63,956 nucleotides of DNA, from IMG/VR virus record IMGVR_UViG_3300010397_000008, positions 1 to 63,956 of that record. One strand, written 5' to 3'. The stretch is from a virus (taxonomy: Duplodnaviria > Caudoviricetes). Shown in pieces: positions 27,721 through 37,804 of this stretch (position 1 is its first letter; the number at the start of each line of letters is the position of its first letter). The notes below the pieces were generated by a model. The model was given only the letters and a program-made list of their open reading frames with translations. It was not told the DNA's origin and ran no database searches. The translations under genes were made by a program, and so were the position numbers.

Positions 27721-28266
27721 TCATCCCGCCAGCACCGCCGGGCTCTCCGGGTGCGTGTCGATAATCAGGTGAATCCTGGCCGCATCCCCCTCGTTCGCGC
27801 CCGAGTGCGCCACCTTGTTGTCGAGGGCGTAACAGACCCCCGCCGCAAGATGGTATTTCTCGCCGTCCACCGTCAGCCACGCCTTCGGGTTCGTTAAGAT
27901 CGGGACGTGAAAGCGCTCCGTGTTCGTGAAGTAGATGCCGGTGTCCGTGTGCTCGGCGATGACCCCGCCCGGCGACAGCCGCACCAGCATCGCCCGCGCC
28001 GGTCGGCCCTCCGTCCGAACGCAAATCTCGTCGATCGCCACGGCCAGCGCGCCGATGTGATGCCGCGTCGCCACCGAGGCCAACTGGTGCAGAATGTCGC
28101 GTGGCCTTGACCCAGGTTGTCGCCTCAAATGGATAACTTCGGAGTTCTTGTGCGGGGAGAACGGCAGCGTTTGTCTTAGCCGATCCTCGCCCCACAGGTC
28201 GTCAAAGGCCGGCAGCATATCGAGGATCGGCGTGATGTCGTAGGGGAACAGCTTGACGACTGACAA
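27721..28266 (-). CDS. Aspartyl/asparaginyl beta-hydroxylase-like 2OG-Fe(II) oxygenase
   Basis: L.PGG.I.EHTD...RFHVPI.TN...N...HS..N.G...RIHLI.D; TTG start with SD GGAGG. Confidence 0.85.
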   Translation of the reverse strand: MSVVKLFPYDITPILDMLPAFDDLWGEDRLRQTLPFSPHKNSEVIHLRRQPGSRPRDILHQLASVATRHHIGALAVAIDEICVRTEGRPARAMLVRLSPGGVIAEHTDTGIYFTNTERFHVPILTNPKAWLTVDGEKYHLAAGVCYALDNKVAHSGANEGDAARIHLIIDTHPESPAVLAG

Positions 28267-28307
28267 CGCAGCCTCCGAATTGGTGCGTTGCACCGTACCA
28301 CGGATCG

Positions 28308-28646
28308 TCAGATTTTCAACATCCCCCGCGCGGCGTTGATTTCGGTGAAAACCTGCCAGACCCACGCCTGCCGCTCGCGCTCGTCCTGTAAATCGACCGT
28401 CTCGATGTCGGCGCTCTGGACGTTCAACTCTTGGCAGATGTCACCGATGACGCCCGACACCCGCTCAAGCCACTCGCCGACCGCAGCCTCGGGGATCGGA
28501 AAAATCTGATATTCGACGAGGCTGACGCCCCGCTGCATGCGGAGCGCCTGGGTGATGTCCCTGACGTTTTGGTCGAGTTGGAAGCTCCACGAGGCCCAAT
28601 CGGATTGCTCGTGCGGGACGTTGAGCAGCGGTGCGGCGCTGGTCAC
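28308..28646 (-). CDS. Virion-module protein
   Basis: 112-aa ORF in the tail operon. Confidence 0.6.
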   Translation of the reverse strand: MTSAAPLLNVPHEQSDWASWSFQLDQNVRDITQALRMQRGVSLVEYQIFPIPEAAVGEWLERVSGVIGDICQELNVQSADIETVDLQDERERQAWVWQVFTEINAARGMLKI

Positions 28647-28649
28647 GCC

Positions 28650-28874
28650 TCACCAGTCGTGGACAGCCCCAGAATTGTCCTCGGAGTCGCGGTCCAGTTG
28701 CCCCCACCGCTCGGTATTGGGGTTCTCGGGCCGCCTGTACGGGCCACGGCTACCGCTCGGCGGCCCCTGCGTCGGATCGCGGCTGACGCCGCCGCCGCCG
28801 GCCTGCCCTGGCACCACGGCGCGGAAACGAGGGTTAGGCCCCTCGGCAGGGTATTTGCGGAATGCCATCGTCAA
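28650..28874 (-). CDS. Small disordered protein
   Basis: SD GGAGG; Gly/Pro-rich. Confidence 0.5.
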   Translation of the reverse strand: MTMAFRKYPAEGPNPRFRAVVPGQAGGGGVSRDPTQGPPSGSRGPYRRPENPNTERWGQLDRDSEDNSGAVHDW

Positions 28875-28883
28875 TCCTCCGTG

Positions 28884-29600
28884 TTATGGGGCGGCTTTGA
28901 ACGTCGCGATCCCGGTCGCGAGATCGTTTGTGATCCCGTTGTTCCACGTCGCGTTGCGCGTCGTTGCTGTGGTCTGCGCTTCGTAGGCAAGCGCGACACC
29001 GTATTTGCAGCCAGCCGGGCAGGTAACGGCGATCTGATCCACTATCGCCCCAACATTGGTGGTCGGGGCACTCGCGTAGACCCCAACCATGTGAACGACA
29101 AGCTCTGAATTTTCTGTCGGCGTAACAGAGCCGGTCGTAAGGGTGTTGACGCTCGCTGCCGCGTTGCTGTTGTGCTGGTCGTAGGGAGATGACGTTTTGA
29201 CCCCGGAGAAGGCCGCCGCAACAATCGCCGGAGCCGCTAGAGTAGTCGCAGTAATCGAGAACGTGTGCGACGCCCCGACAGTGCAAGGCGAGCAGTACCA
29301 CAACTCGCCATATTCATAGAGACCGATGAGGCCGGAAGATGCGTTAAGCCAGGTATTGCTCTTGCTGTCCGAAAGCGTCGGGAACCCACCATTTGCGTTG
29401 TAGGCGATCCCGAGGACGATCAAGCCATAGCCGGACGTGTCGATGGCCGGGGTAGTGGTGTTCTGGAACCCCTGAGAGGCGATGTGCGGCCCCAGGACGA
29501 ATTTCTGCGGCACCCCCGATCCACCAATCAACCATGCGTCGGCGCTCCCGCCGCCTAACGCGAGGCAGATCGCGAGCGTAAGTGCAAGTCGGAGCATCAT
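28884..29600 (-). CDS. Signal-peptide-bearing beta-sandwich tail/adhesion protein
   Basis: Leader MMLRLALTLAICLALGG; SDSKSNTW...FSGV..S.P.D. Confidence 0.65.
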   Translation of the reverse strand: MMLRLALTLAICLALGGGSADAWLIGGSGVPQKFVLGPHIASQGFQNTTTPAIDTSGYGLIVLGIAYNANGGFPTLSDSKSNTWLNASSGLIGLYEYGELWYCSPCTVGASHTFSITATTLAAPAIVAAAFSGVKTSSPYDQHNSNAAASVNTLTTGSVTPTENSELVVHMVGVYASAPTTNVGAIVDQIAVTCPAGCKYGVALAYEAQTTATTRNATWNNGITNDLATGIATFKAAP

Positions 29601-30484
29601 GGCGTCGGGGCCAGAAACACGGTGATCGTCCCGATGCCGGTGCCGCCGGTCCACGCCGTCGTGCCGGTTGTCTGCAAGCACAGCCGCTCCCCGGCCGCGA
29701 TCGTCGAGGTCGTTACGGTCAGCGTTTGGTTGGTCGCCGCGGTCCCGTTCGCGTTGAACGAACCGGAATGCAGCACGGTGCCGGCCGAACATGCAGTCCC
29801 GCTCGGGGCCTTGTAGACCGAGACCGTCGCCGCGCTCCCGGTAGCCGTCTCAACCGAGCCGATGATAGCGCTGATCGTGGACGCTTGGTTGATGACTGCC
29901 AGGATCGTGTCGTTCGGATTGAGGGCCGCCGGCCAGCCGATCGCAATCGGGACGTTGTGCAGCTTGGCGATCCCGGCCGTCGAGGTCGAGGCGGCGGCAA
30001 GAGCCGGCGCGCCGTCCGACCGCATGAACGTCGTGGCCGAACCGTTGACGGCTGATGCGCCAGCGGTCGCGGTCGGATTGGCTCCGACAGCCGACGCCGA
30101 GCCGGAACAGCCCGTGCCGGCATCGCTCAAATCCGCACATGCCGCGGTCGTGCCGCCTGTAACCTGCCCCTTGGCGTTGAATGTGATTTTGAGCGCGGTT
30201 CCGGCGGTGGTGAGGTTCGGTAGCGTTGCCACAACCGATCCCACACCAGGGCCGGCCGCGATGTCCCCGGTTAGTTGCGTGATACCGGCGTTTGGCAGCG
30301 AAGCCCCGAGGGAGTTCACCGTCAATTTCTTGGTCACGCCGCCTTGAACCAATACGATCTGCTCGGAACCGGAGAGGGGCGTGCTCGCGGTCGGGCAATC
30401 GGTGATCTTGCCGCACGCGGCTTCGGCACCCCACGGGAGCGCGATAGCTGTGATCGCGAGAAGCGGGGCGATCCATCGGTTCAT
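29597..30484 (-). CDS. Tail fibre-like protein with signal-peptide-like N-terminus
   Basis: KITD.P.A..LSGSE...VQGG.TKK and KITFNAKGQVT fibre motifs. Confidence 0.7.
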   Translation of the reverse strand: MNRWIAPLLAITAIALPWGAEAACGKITDCPTASTPLSGSEQIVLVQGGVTKKLTVNSLGASLPNAGITQLTGDIAAGPGVGSVVATLPNLTTAGTALKITFNAKGQVTGGTTAACADLSDAGTGCSGSASAVGANPTATAGASAVNGSATTFMRSDGAPALAAASTSTAGIAKLHNVPIAIGWPAALNPNDTILAVINQASTISAIIGSVETATGSAATVSVYKAPSGTACSAGTVLHSGSFNANGTAATNQTLTVTTSTIAAGERLCLQTTGTTAWTGGTGIGTITVFLAPTP

Positions 30485-30882
30485 GGCTGTTGCCCCAAAA
30501 GGAAATTGCCGTCCTCGGCCCGCAAAGGACAGGTTTCTGGGCCAACAATCGCCTGCTTGTACGTGTTCTTGACGAACGTGTTGTAGCGCTGATCGGCCGA
30601 GGCCAGGCTCGTAAACGGCTGCGCGACCGACAGCGGGACGTTGATATGGAAGTGGAACTCGCCGCTAAAATACGCCACCGCAAACAACTTCTGGCCCATG
30701 AAGTAACTGGTGAACTGGATCGTCCCCTGCGAGTACGGGGTGGACCAGTCAGCGGGCGGGTCGATGCACCCGGCGGGTTGCGCGTTGGCCGCGGCGGTCA
30801 GGGCGACGAGAGCGATCACGCCACCGTGAAGGGCGCGACGAAGGTGTATCGCTGGCCGGTTGCTGTGCCGACGCTGATCCAT
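30481..30882 (-). CDS. KTSC-like small protein with signal peptide
   Basis: L..V.Y.SG..H....VP.SV...F....S....YN..VK..Y resembles KTSC; probable start near 30819. Confidence 0.45.
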   Translation of the reverse strand: MDQRRHSNRPAIHLRRALHGGVIALVALTAAANAQPAGCIDPPADWSTPYSQGTIQFTSYFMGQKLFAVAYFSGEFHFHINVPLSVAQPFTSLASADQRYNTFVKNTYKQAIVGPETCPLRAEDGNFLLGQQP

Positions 30883-31307
30883 GCGACATACTGTCCCCCG
30901 GCGACAAGGTTTACAAGCACCTGCCGGATGGCCTGTCGCGTCCGAGGTCGCACGTCGATGATCGTCGCTTGCCCGAATAGCCGCGAGCCCGGCGTGGCGT
31001 CCGCGCCGTTCGCCGATAGAAGGCTGACCGCAGCTTGAGAGATAGCGGCGCTTTGGCCGAGCCGCGTCGAAAGGTCAATCACCAAGGCGATACCGATATC
31101 GGGCTCTGTGGGGATCGCGATCCCGGCAAAATTAGAGACGTTCAGTTCCTCGCCGCTCGGGCTCAAAAATGGGAATGGCGGCGGGAAACTTGGCTGTCGC
31201 GGAGACGGAGCGCGTACATAAAGCGTCCGCGCAATGACCGGGGGGCGAAGCGACCCCCAACTGCCGGACCATGCCACCCCCCATGAGGTGCCCCAACTGC
31301 TACTCAT
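30816..31307 (-). CDS. Tail-associated protein
   Basis: SWG.SWG repeats followed by an Ig-like beta-rich part. Confidence 0.55.
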   Translation of the reverse strand: MSSSWGTSWGVAWSGSWGSLRPPVIARTLYVRAPSPRQPSFPPPFPFLSPSGEELNVSNFAGIAIPTEPDIGIALVIDLSTRLGQSAAISQAAVSLLSANGADATPGSRLFGQATIIDVRPRTRQAIRQVLVNLVAGGQYVAWISVGTATGQRYTFVAPFTVA

Positions 31308-33280
31308 GGACCCCAGGGAGCCGACGCCGAGCCAGTTCCGCTCACGGTGATGCTGTTGACCGATCTGATATTCGTGTCCACCTGGCCGCTCACGGTGAAG
31401 GTCAAGGCGTCGGTTTGCGCTCTGATCGCGGCGATGGCGGTGTTATCCGGGGCGGCATATGACGCGCTGGCAAGGCGGGTCGAAACTGCAACGTCGAGGT
31501 TTCCTGGCGTCAATCCAACGACGCTCCCCACCGAGCCATCGACATTGCCGGTCACGCTCGCGACTGCGCCTCCGGCATAGGTCGAGCGCGTCAGCACGTC
31601 AGCGTCGATCGTCGCCAGTTGCGTGTCGAGATTGGCCGTCGCGACGCCGAGCGCGGTTCTCACGTTGGCCTCGCTGATGTCGTTCAGCCCCGTCAACCCG
31701 GTCCCTTTGGCGAGCACGATATTGGTGCCCGCGGTCAGGATTCGCGCCGCCGTTGACCATACAGCGTCGAGCGCATTTGCGGCGAAACTGGCGGCCGAGA
31801 TTGCCGCCGCCGCCACCGCTCCCACACTCGCGTCGATCCGGCCGCCGACGAGCGCCGCAGGAAGACGCAATTGAATATCGTCGGTGTCGGCCTGTACCGT
31901 GGCGAGCGCCGTGGACGTGGCGAGGCCGGCCTGAATTTCGGTCACGGCCGTCGCGGCGAGTTGATCCGATCCGATCGCGTCCGTCGCGATGACGGTTGCG
32001 TTGATGGCACCGGCCGCAAAGGAGGCCGTCGCGATCCCGCCAGCCGCTACGCTGCCGACCGAGCCTGCGACATTGCCTGCCACGCTACCGACAGCGCCAG
32101 TGACCGTCGTGATCGTCCCCGCCGTGATATTGGTCGGGCTCGCCACGGAGGACGGGAATGTGACGCCGGCCGCCGCCGTCACGGTTTGCCCGGCAAGTTG
32201 ATCGGCGTTCGCCGTCACGCGGTTAGTCACGGTCGCGATGGTGCCCGCCGTCAAATTCGTCGTGTTGGCGATCGTGCCGCTCGGGAATGTCGCCGACAGG
32301 AACCCGGTCGGTTGCGTGTACGTCGCCATGCGCGTCGTGACGGCTGCGTCTAGGTTGGCAATCCGAGTGTCGCCCAGGGCGGTCAACCCGGCCCCCGCCG
32401 CGCCAATCCGGGCGAACGAATCCCCGGTCTGCACCGTGTTTCCTGTGTACGTGGTCAGGGTCGCCAGCGTGCCGGTGATGTTGCCGGTCATGTTCGCGCG
32501 GAAATCGACCCCGCCGGTGCCGGCCGCCGCCTTGATCCCGTCGCTGGTCCCACCGTTGCCCCCGGTGGCGAGGAAGCCGTGCATGCTCGTGCCGACCGGG
32601 GCAGAGTTGATGCCGTGCCCCGAGGTCGTGGTGATCTTCAATCCGTCGCCCGATGTCGCGCCGCCGACAATGCTGAACCCAACGCCGGTCGCGCCGCCCG
32701 TCGCGCTCAAGCCGGCTCCTGTACCGTTCCCGGCGATACTCAACCCGGCCCGATTGAGCGTGCTGGGGGCTGAGATGGTCAGGCCATCGGAGAGAACCAC
32801 GTTCCCGGTGTATGTTGTCGCCCCGGTGACTGTTAAAGCAGCCAGAGTTGTCGTTCCGGCGTTGCTTCCGCTGATGAGTAGACCCGCGGATGCGCCTGCA
32901 ACCGCATTGGGAATCGCCCCGCCGCTGGCGGCAAACAGCGCGTCCCACAGCGCCGTGTTGACCACCATAAAATCCATGAATATCGGACAGAATGCCGCAG
33001 CGTTGGCATACTGCATGCGCAGCGTCCCGAGGGTGTTGGTGTCCGTCGTGTCGAGCGGCACAAGATAATTGCCGAAGGCGTCGTAGTTGCTCGCCCCGGC
33101 CGTGGCATGCCTGGCAGCGAACGCGCCACCGTTTTTCGATAGCCGGATGCCGGTCGAGGTATTTTCGGTCTGGTTGGCTCCGGTCCCGGTCAGGTTCGTC
33201 ACGAGGGTCACGCCGTCCGTATTGGCGACGGCTGGCCCGAATGAAACCGTCACGGCGGTCGATTGCCGGAGCCACAACAT
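31304..33280 (-). CDS. Long Thr/Ala/Gly-rich tail fibre-like protein
   Basis: MLWLRQST...G.Y...L.TTDTNTLG N-terminal domain; VGSV.GNV.G repeats. Confidence 0.7.
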   Translation of the reverse strand: MLWLRQSTAVTVSFGPAVANTDGVTLVTNLTGTGANQTENTSTGIRLSKNGGAFAARHATAGASNYDAFGNYLVPLDTTDTNTLGTLRMQYANAAAFCPIFMDFMVVNTALWDALFAASGGAIPNAVAGASAGLLISGSNAGTTTLAALTVTGATTYTGNVVLSDGLTISAPSTLNRAGLSIAGNGTGAGLSATGGATGVGFSIVGGATSGDGLKITTTSGHGINSAPVGTSMHGFLATGGNGGTSDGIKAAAGTGGVDFRANMTGNITGTLATLTTYTGNTVQTGDSFARIGAAGAGLTALGDTRIANLDAAVTTRMATYTQPTGFLSATFPSGTIANTTNLTAGTIATVTNRVTANADQLAGQTVTAAAGVTFPSSVASPTNITAGTITTVTGAVGSVAGNVAGSVGSVAAGGIATASFAAGAINATVIATDAIGSDQLAATAVTEIQAGLATSTALATVQADTDDIQLRLPAALVGGRIDASVGAVAAAAISAASFAANALDAVWSTAARILTAGTNIVLAKGTGLTGLNDISEANVRTALGVATANLDTQLATIDADVLTRSTYAGGAVASVTGNVDGSVGSVVGLTPGNLDVAVSTRLASASYAAPDNTAIAAIRAQTDALTFTVSGQVDTNIRSVNSITVSGTGSASAPWGP

Positions 33281-33281
33281 C

Positions 33282-33998
33282 CTACGCTCCCCTCTGCTGC
33301 GCCTGGTGCATACAGACCATCGGGACAACCGATTGCGGCGCGGCCTTGAACGACATGGTGAACTCGACCGCGCCGTTGAAGGTGCCCGACGCGCAGGTGA
33401 ACGCCGGTACGACGCTGGTTGTCGCTGCGACCACCTGATACCCGATCGCGGCGCAACAACTGTTCGCCGCATTGGCGGCGGCCGAGGCTGCGTTGACGGC
33501 GAGCAGGTTTGGCGATGTCGCCGCCGTATTCGTTTGCCCGCGAGTAAGGGCAAATCCCGCTATGACGAGTTCCGCCGCTTGTGCGAGCGTCCCGGTTGCT
33601 GTGCATGTGAAGGGAGAGGTCGCGTCAGTCGCATTGGCCGGCGACGTATCGAGGGGCGATGCGGTAAAAGCACCGGAGAACGCCGCGGCGGCTATAGCAA
33701 AGTCGTTACTACTGGCCGTGCCCGTCCCGGTAACGCTCGTCAACGTACCACCAGCGGTCGCGATGAACCAAAAGGCCCGGCCTCCGACCGTACTGAGCGA
33801 TCCTGCGTTCTGCGCGGTGTACGTGTGACCGAGGCTGTCGGTAACGCCCGTCACGGTGTTGGCCCCGACTTCGGCGACAACCGCGACAAGGAGATCGCCC
33901 ACCGAAACCGAGACCGACCCGCTTGCGGCCATCGCGCCGCCGACCGGAATCGCCGTGGCCCCGCCGCTTAATGTGCCCCTGAGTCCCCCGAACGCCAT
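33282..33998 (-). CDS. Beta-sandwich tail/adhesion protein (paralogous to 28884-29600)
   Basis: GDLLV..V; VTDSLGHTYT...FSGA....P.D...A.ELV. Confidence 0.65.
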   Translation of the reverse strand: MAFGGLRGTLSGGATAIPVGGAMAASGSVSVSVGDLLVAVVAEVGANTVTGVTDSLGHTYTAQNAGSLSTVGGRAFWFIATAGGTLTSVTGTGTASSNDFAIAAAAFSGAFTASPLDTSPANATDATSPFTCTATGTLAQAAELVIAGFALTRGQTNTAATSPNLLAVNAASAAANAANSCCAAIGYQVVAATTSVVPAFTCASGTFNGAVEFTMSFKAAPQSVVPMVCMHQAQQRGA

Positions 33999-34004
33999 CC
34001 CTGC

Positions 34005-36557
34005 CTACCCGAAGATGGCGTCAACGTCTTCGGTCGCGATCATCAGGTTGTAAACCGCATGGTCGGCCCCCGTCGAACGCAGCGTCACGCCGATCTGCGC
34101 GCCTGGTATGTCGTCGGTCGTCGCCATCAGCACCGGACACGCGACGGTCGGTGCCACGGCAGTCGCCGGCAATGGCGCATTCGGCGGGAACGCGATCTGC
34201 GGCGAGGCGGCCGGAAAGCTCGCGTATTCGGTATCGACGGTCAACCCAAACAGCGGCGCGCTGTTCACGTCGGCGAAGTTCTCGGCTTGGACGTAAACCA
34301 CGCGCCCCTGCTTGACCATGTACGGCTGCTGCGCGCCATAGAGCTTCGTGCTCCACGTCTTTTGGAGCGTCGTCGATGGCGTTGTCATCAGCGGGTAGAG
34401 GCGCACCCCGTCCGTGCCCCAGGCCGCGAGTTGGCTGTTGATCTCTTGCGTCCCGATATAGGTCAGCGGGTTCATGGACGATTGGCTGACGATCGACCAG
34501 TCCTGCTCGTTCCAGCACACCATTGCGTTGCGAAACGTCAGCGTGAACGGGTCTTTGATGCTCATCAGCATCAGGTAGACCTTGCGATTGTAGAGGTTCG
34601 CCACCGCCGAACTCGGCGTTACCGGAGCCCCCGCAGCGCGCGGATCATCGCCGGTCGGCAAATCGGCCTGCTCGAACACGCGATCCATCTTGCCGCTGAG
34701 CTTCGTCACCGCGCCGCCGAACAGCCCATAAATCCCGAAGGTGTTTCCAAAGACGATCGTGCGCGAGAAATCTTGGATCGAGTCGCGCCAGTTGGTGCCG
34801 GTCTGCGGGTCCGTGTTCTGGCTGGTCAGGCTCTTGGTCGGCGGATTGCCCTGCACCTGGACGTTACTGATGACGCCGACCGACGAATCGCCGAACGGAT
34901 AGAGGAAGCCGTTGGCCTGCCGGATCGCCGTGTATTCGCCGCGCAAGAAGCGATCGGTGTTGTTTTCCGCAAGCCCGCCGGCCGACGTGGCGAAGTTGCT
35001 GATGCTCCCCGGCGCCGACGACAGCCGGACCCCGCCTGTCGGGATTGTCCCCTGCTGGTAGGGGTGCTGTAGCCAAACCTGCGACTGGTAGGTTTCGATG
35101 TTCGACCCCGACACCCCGTAGGGCATCAATTGAATGATGCCGGACGCCGCGCTGTTGAGCCCGGCCTGGACGATCACGGTCGGCGCATCGGTGTATCCGA
35201 CGCCCGCGGTCGTCAGCGACGTGCCGACGATCGAGCCCGCGCCGATGTTGCCCGTGGCGGTCGCCGCCCCGCTGGAAAACGTGATGATCGGCCCGGTGTA
35301 ATCGCTGCCGCCGGCCGTCACGGTGACTTCGGTGATGACCCCATCGACGAGCCCGGTCACAAGCGCCGTCGCGCCGGTGCCGGACCCGGAATCGGTGATC
35401 GTCACGCCGGGCACCGAGGCGTACCCCGATCCGCCATTGGTGACGGTGATCGTCTCGACCGGACCCGGCCCGCCGAGGATGGCAAACCCTGTCGCCCCAG
35501 ACCCGCCGCCGCCGGTGATCGTCAGCGTCGGGATGCCGAAGAAATTGGTGCCGCCGTCCTGAATGCCGATGACCGACACGCTGCTGGCAACCAACGTCGC
35601 CTGCGCGATGGCGCCGCTGCCGCCGCTCACCGGCGTCAAGGTGATCGCGGGCGCCGACGTGTACCCGGTCCCGCCGCTCGTCAGCGTGATCGACGTGACG
35701 ACATTGCCGGTGAGCACCGCCGTCGCGGCCGCGCCGGAGCCGCCCCCGCCGACAAACCCCACCGTGGGCGGGGCCAGATAGCCGCTGCCGCCGGCCAGCA
35801 CGACAATCTGGTTGACCGCAGCAGGAACCAGCGCCGTGCCCAGCGCCGCACCGTTGTCCGAGCCGCCGCCCTGGAACACCGCCTGCACGATGTCGCCGAC
35901 GATATAGCCCGTGCCCGGCGACACCACGTCAACCGATGTCACCACGCCGTTCGCGACATTGGCAGCCAGCGCGATCCCCGAGCCATGCCCCCCGAAGGCG
36001 ATCACCGTTGGCGTGGCGATGTAGTTCTGGCCGCCGCTGGTCAACGTGATCTGCGGGCCGATCGAACCCGCCGTGTAGAGGACGTTCCCATCCCACGCCC
36101 AATAATCGTTGGGCCTGTTGTTGTTCGAGATCAGGAGATACGTGCTACCCCATTGCACCGTCGCAGGAAGTTGCCCGCCGGCGTAATAGAATGACCGGGT
36201 TCCCGCCGGCACGATGTTGGTGACGGCACCCTGCCGATCGACCTGCACCGCCGAGCCGTCGTCGAAGAACACGGCGCAGTAATAGGTGAGGCCGATGTTG
36301 AACCAAGCGAAATTGACGATTTGCCGGCCGCCGGTCGCGGCGTACAGCCACGGCCCGAGGTCCGGCACCGTGCGGACGTTGCCGTCGCCGATCTTGATGT
36401 AATTCTCAAGCCACCACGCCTCGTTGTCCGCGATGAACAGGCGTGAGGCTTGGGTGTTCATGCCGGCGAACGGAGCCGGCGACTTGAACTGGATCGTGTC
36501 GGGCAGGCCGAACCGGGTCTGCACCGCGCGCGAGAGCCGGCCGTCGTTGCCCTGCAT
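34005..36557 (-). CDS. Tail nozzle / head-closure protein (P22 gp10/T7 gp12 position) with an inserted Gly-rich repeat domain
   Basis: F.GMNT..SR..I.D.E..WLEN start; central G.GYT.AP.....GGGG.GA repeats. Confidence 0.7.
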   Translation of the reverse strand: MQGNDGRLSRAVQTRFGLPDTIQFKSPAPFAGMNTQASRLFIADNEAWWLENYIKIGDGNVRTVPDLGPWLYAATGGRQIVNFAWFNIGLTYYCAVFFDDGSAVQVDRQGAVTNIVPAGTRSFYYAGGQLPATVQWGSTYLLISNNNRPNDYWAWDGNVLYTAGSIGPQITLTSGGQNYIATPTVIAFGGHGSGIALAANVANGVVTSVDVVSPGTGYIVGDIVQAVFQGGGSDNGAALGTALVPAAVNQIVVLAGGSGYLAPPTVGFVGGGGSGAAATAVLTGNVVTSITLTSGGTGYTSAPAITLTPVSGGSGAIAQATLVASSVSVIGIQDGGTNFFGIPTLTITGGGGSGATGFAILGGPGPVETITVTNGGSGYASVPGVTITDSGSGTGATALVTGLVDGVITEVTVTAGGSDYTGPIITFSSGAATATGNIGAGSIVGTSLTTAGVGYTDAPTVIVQAGLNSAASGIIQLMPYGVSGSNIETYQSQVWLQHPYQQGTIPTGGVRLSSAPGSISNFATSAGGLAENNTDRFLRGEYTAIRQANGFLYPFGDSSVGVISNVQVQGNPPTKSLTSQNTDPQTGTNWRDSIQDFSRTIVFGNTFGIYGLFGGAVTKLSGKMDRVFEQADLPTGDDPRAAGAPVTPSSAVANLYNRKVYLMLMSIKDPFTLTFRNAMVCWNEQDWSIVSQSSMNPLTYIGTQEINSQLAAWGTDGVRLYPLMTTPSTTLQKTWSTKLYGAQQPYMVKQGRVVYVQAENFADVNSAPLFGLTVDTEYASFPAASPQIAFPPNAPLPATAVAPTVACPVLMATTDDIPGAQIGVTLRSTGADHAVYNLMIATEDVDAIFG

Positions 36558-36563
36558 CGACGC

Positions 36564-37163
36564 TTATCCGCCGTCAGCGTCGCGGCGTCGGTTCCTCTGG
36601 GCGATGGCGATCTTTTCCGCGCGATCCCCCAAACAGGACATTAAATAAATGCTCCGCGGATCATCCTGCAAAAATACAGCGTCCGCGATTTGGCCGTATG
36701 GAATGGCCGACGCGATGAAAGCCCCGTCCGTCTCAAACGGGGGAAGTGGATAACCCGCAGGAAGCGCTCGGCGCACGCACTCTCCCCACTTCGGGATATC
36801 GTCGTCGAAAAGACCCTCCGGCACCAGATAAACCGCCTCGGAGATAATCCCCAACGGCTGAAACCCCGGCAGCGCACGAGCGGCAGTAAGCGTTGGCGCT
36901 TCAACAACGAACAGCAGCATGGCGCCGAAACACCCGTTTCCGTCCTGAACCCCCGCCCCATAGATGCGCACTGGCATCCCAAGGTCGCGTTCGATCATAT
37001 CCTTGTCACACCCGTCCATCGAAATTCCGGCAAGCACGCCGAGGGGTGCCGGATTGATCGCCGATGGCTCCGGCCTCGGATACGCCCCCGCGAAATCGTT
37101 TATTTGTCCCGCGCTCTGCGGAACGCAGACGTAAATCGGATATGTCATAGCGGTCTCCTTCAC
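36564..37163 (-). CDS. Hypothetical protein
   Basis: 199-aa ORF with lower GC. Confidence 0.55.
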   Translation of the reverse strand: MKETAMTYPIYVCVPQSAGQINDFAGAYPRPEPSAINPAPLGVLAGISMDGCDKDMIERDLGMPVRIYGAGVQDGNGCFGAMLLFVVEAPTLTAARALPGFQPLGIISEAVYLVPEGLFDDDIPKWGECVRRALPAGYPLPPFETDGAFIASAIPYGQIADAVFLQDDPRSIYLMSCLGDRAEKIAIAQRNRRRDADGG

Positions 37164-37471
37164 TGGTTGTCAGCGGCGTCAAGGTCGTCGGCCGCCTTCC
37201 TCACCCAATACGCGAGGTTCGGGTTGCCGGCCACGTCGAGCATCGCGCCGTCGTCCACGGCCGGCGGCGCGGGCAGCGGCGGTCGGTTGAGCGCGTCGCA
37301 CAGGCTCGTCAACAGCATTTCCAGCGTAGCGGTCGGGACGGACGTGTTGAGGCTGTCGCGGTCGAGGTCCATCAGCATTTGCCGCGCCAGCGCGCGAACC
37401 GTCCCGTCCTCGTTGTGGATCGCTTTCGGGACGACGCGCAGCGACGGCGCCGGTCGCGGCAGACCGAGCAT
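37160..37471 (-). CDS. Hypothetical protein
   Basis: Coupled ORF. Confidence 0.55.
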   Translation of the reverse strand: MLGLPRPAPSLRVVPKAIHNEDGTVRALARQMLMDLDRDSLNTSVPTATLEMLLTSLCDALNRPPLPAPPAVDDGAMLDVAGNPNLAYWVRKAADDLDAADNQ

Positions 37472-37758
37472 CAGGGCCTCGGCGTATTCGGGACGCGCCC
37501 GACACCCATCGTCTCGGCGAGCACCGCGTCCATCGCTGCATGAAGGGCGTCCATGCGCTCGAACACCGTGCTCGGCGGGCGGTAGCTCTCCGGCTCACCG
37601 AACCGCGACCAGATGCCGGCGACGACGTTTTTGCTGACGCCGAACCGCGCCGCGACGGCTTGCTGTTTCATGCCGTCCTTGAGCAGTTCCAGTGCCTTTT
37701 CCTGTTGCTCGACGGTAAGCCGCCCAGAGCCGCGGCTCGCCCGCGACAACTTCGACAT
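37471..37758 (-). CDS. GcrA-like HTH protein
   Basis: LT.EQ......L..DG.....VAARFGVSKNVVAGIWSR resembles the GcrA N-terminal HTH. Confidence 0.55.
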   Translation of the reverse strand: MSKLSRASRGSGRLTVEQQEKALELLKDGMKQQAVAARFGVSKNVVAGIWSRFGEPESYRPPSTVFERMDALHAAMDAVLAETMGVGRVPNTPRP

Positions 37759-37804
37759 GACCGCCCCATTCACACGTATCATTTTCAAATCACCCCTACA
37801 GCAC

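Noticed and set aside
36559-37090. Third IS1595-type cassette (GACGCTTATCCG end) around 36564-37163
   Set aside because: No convincing matching right end and no target-site duplication
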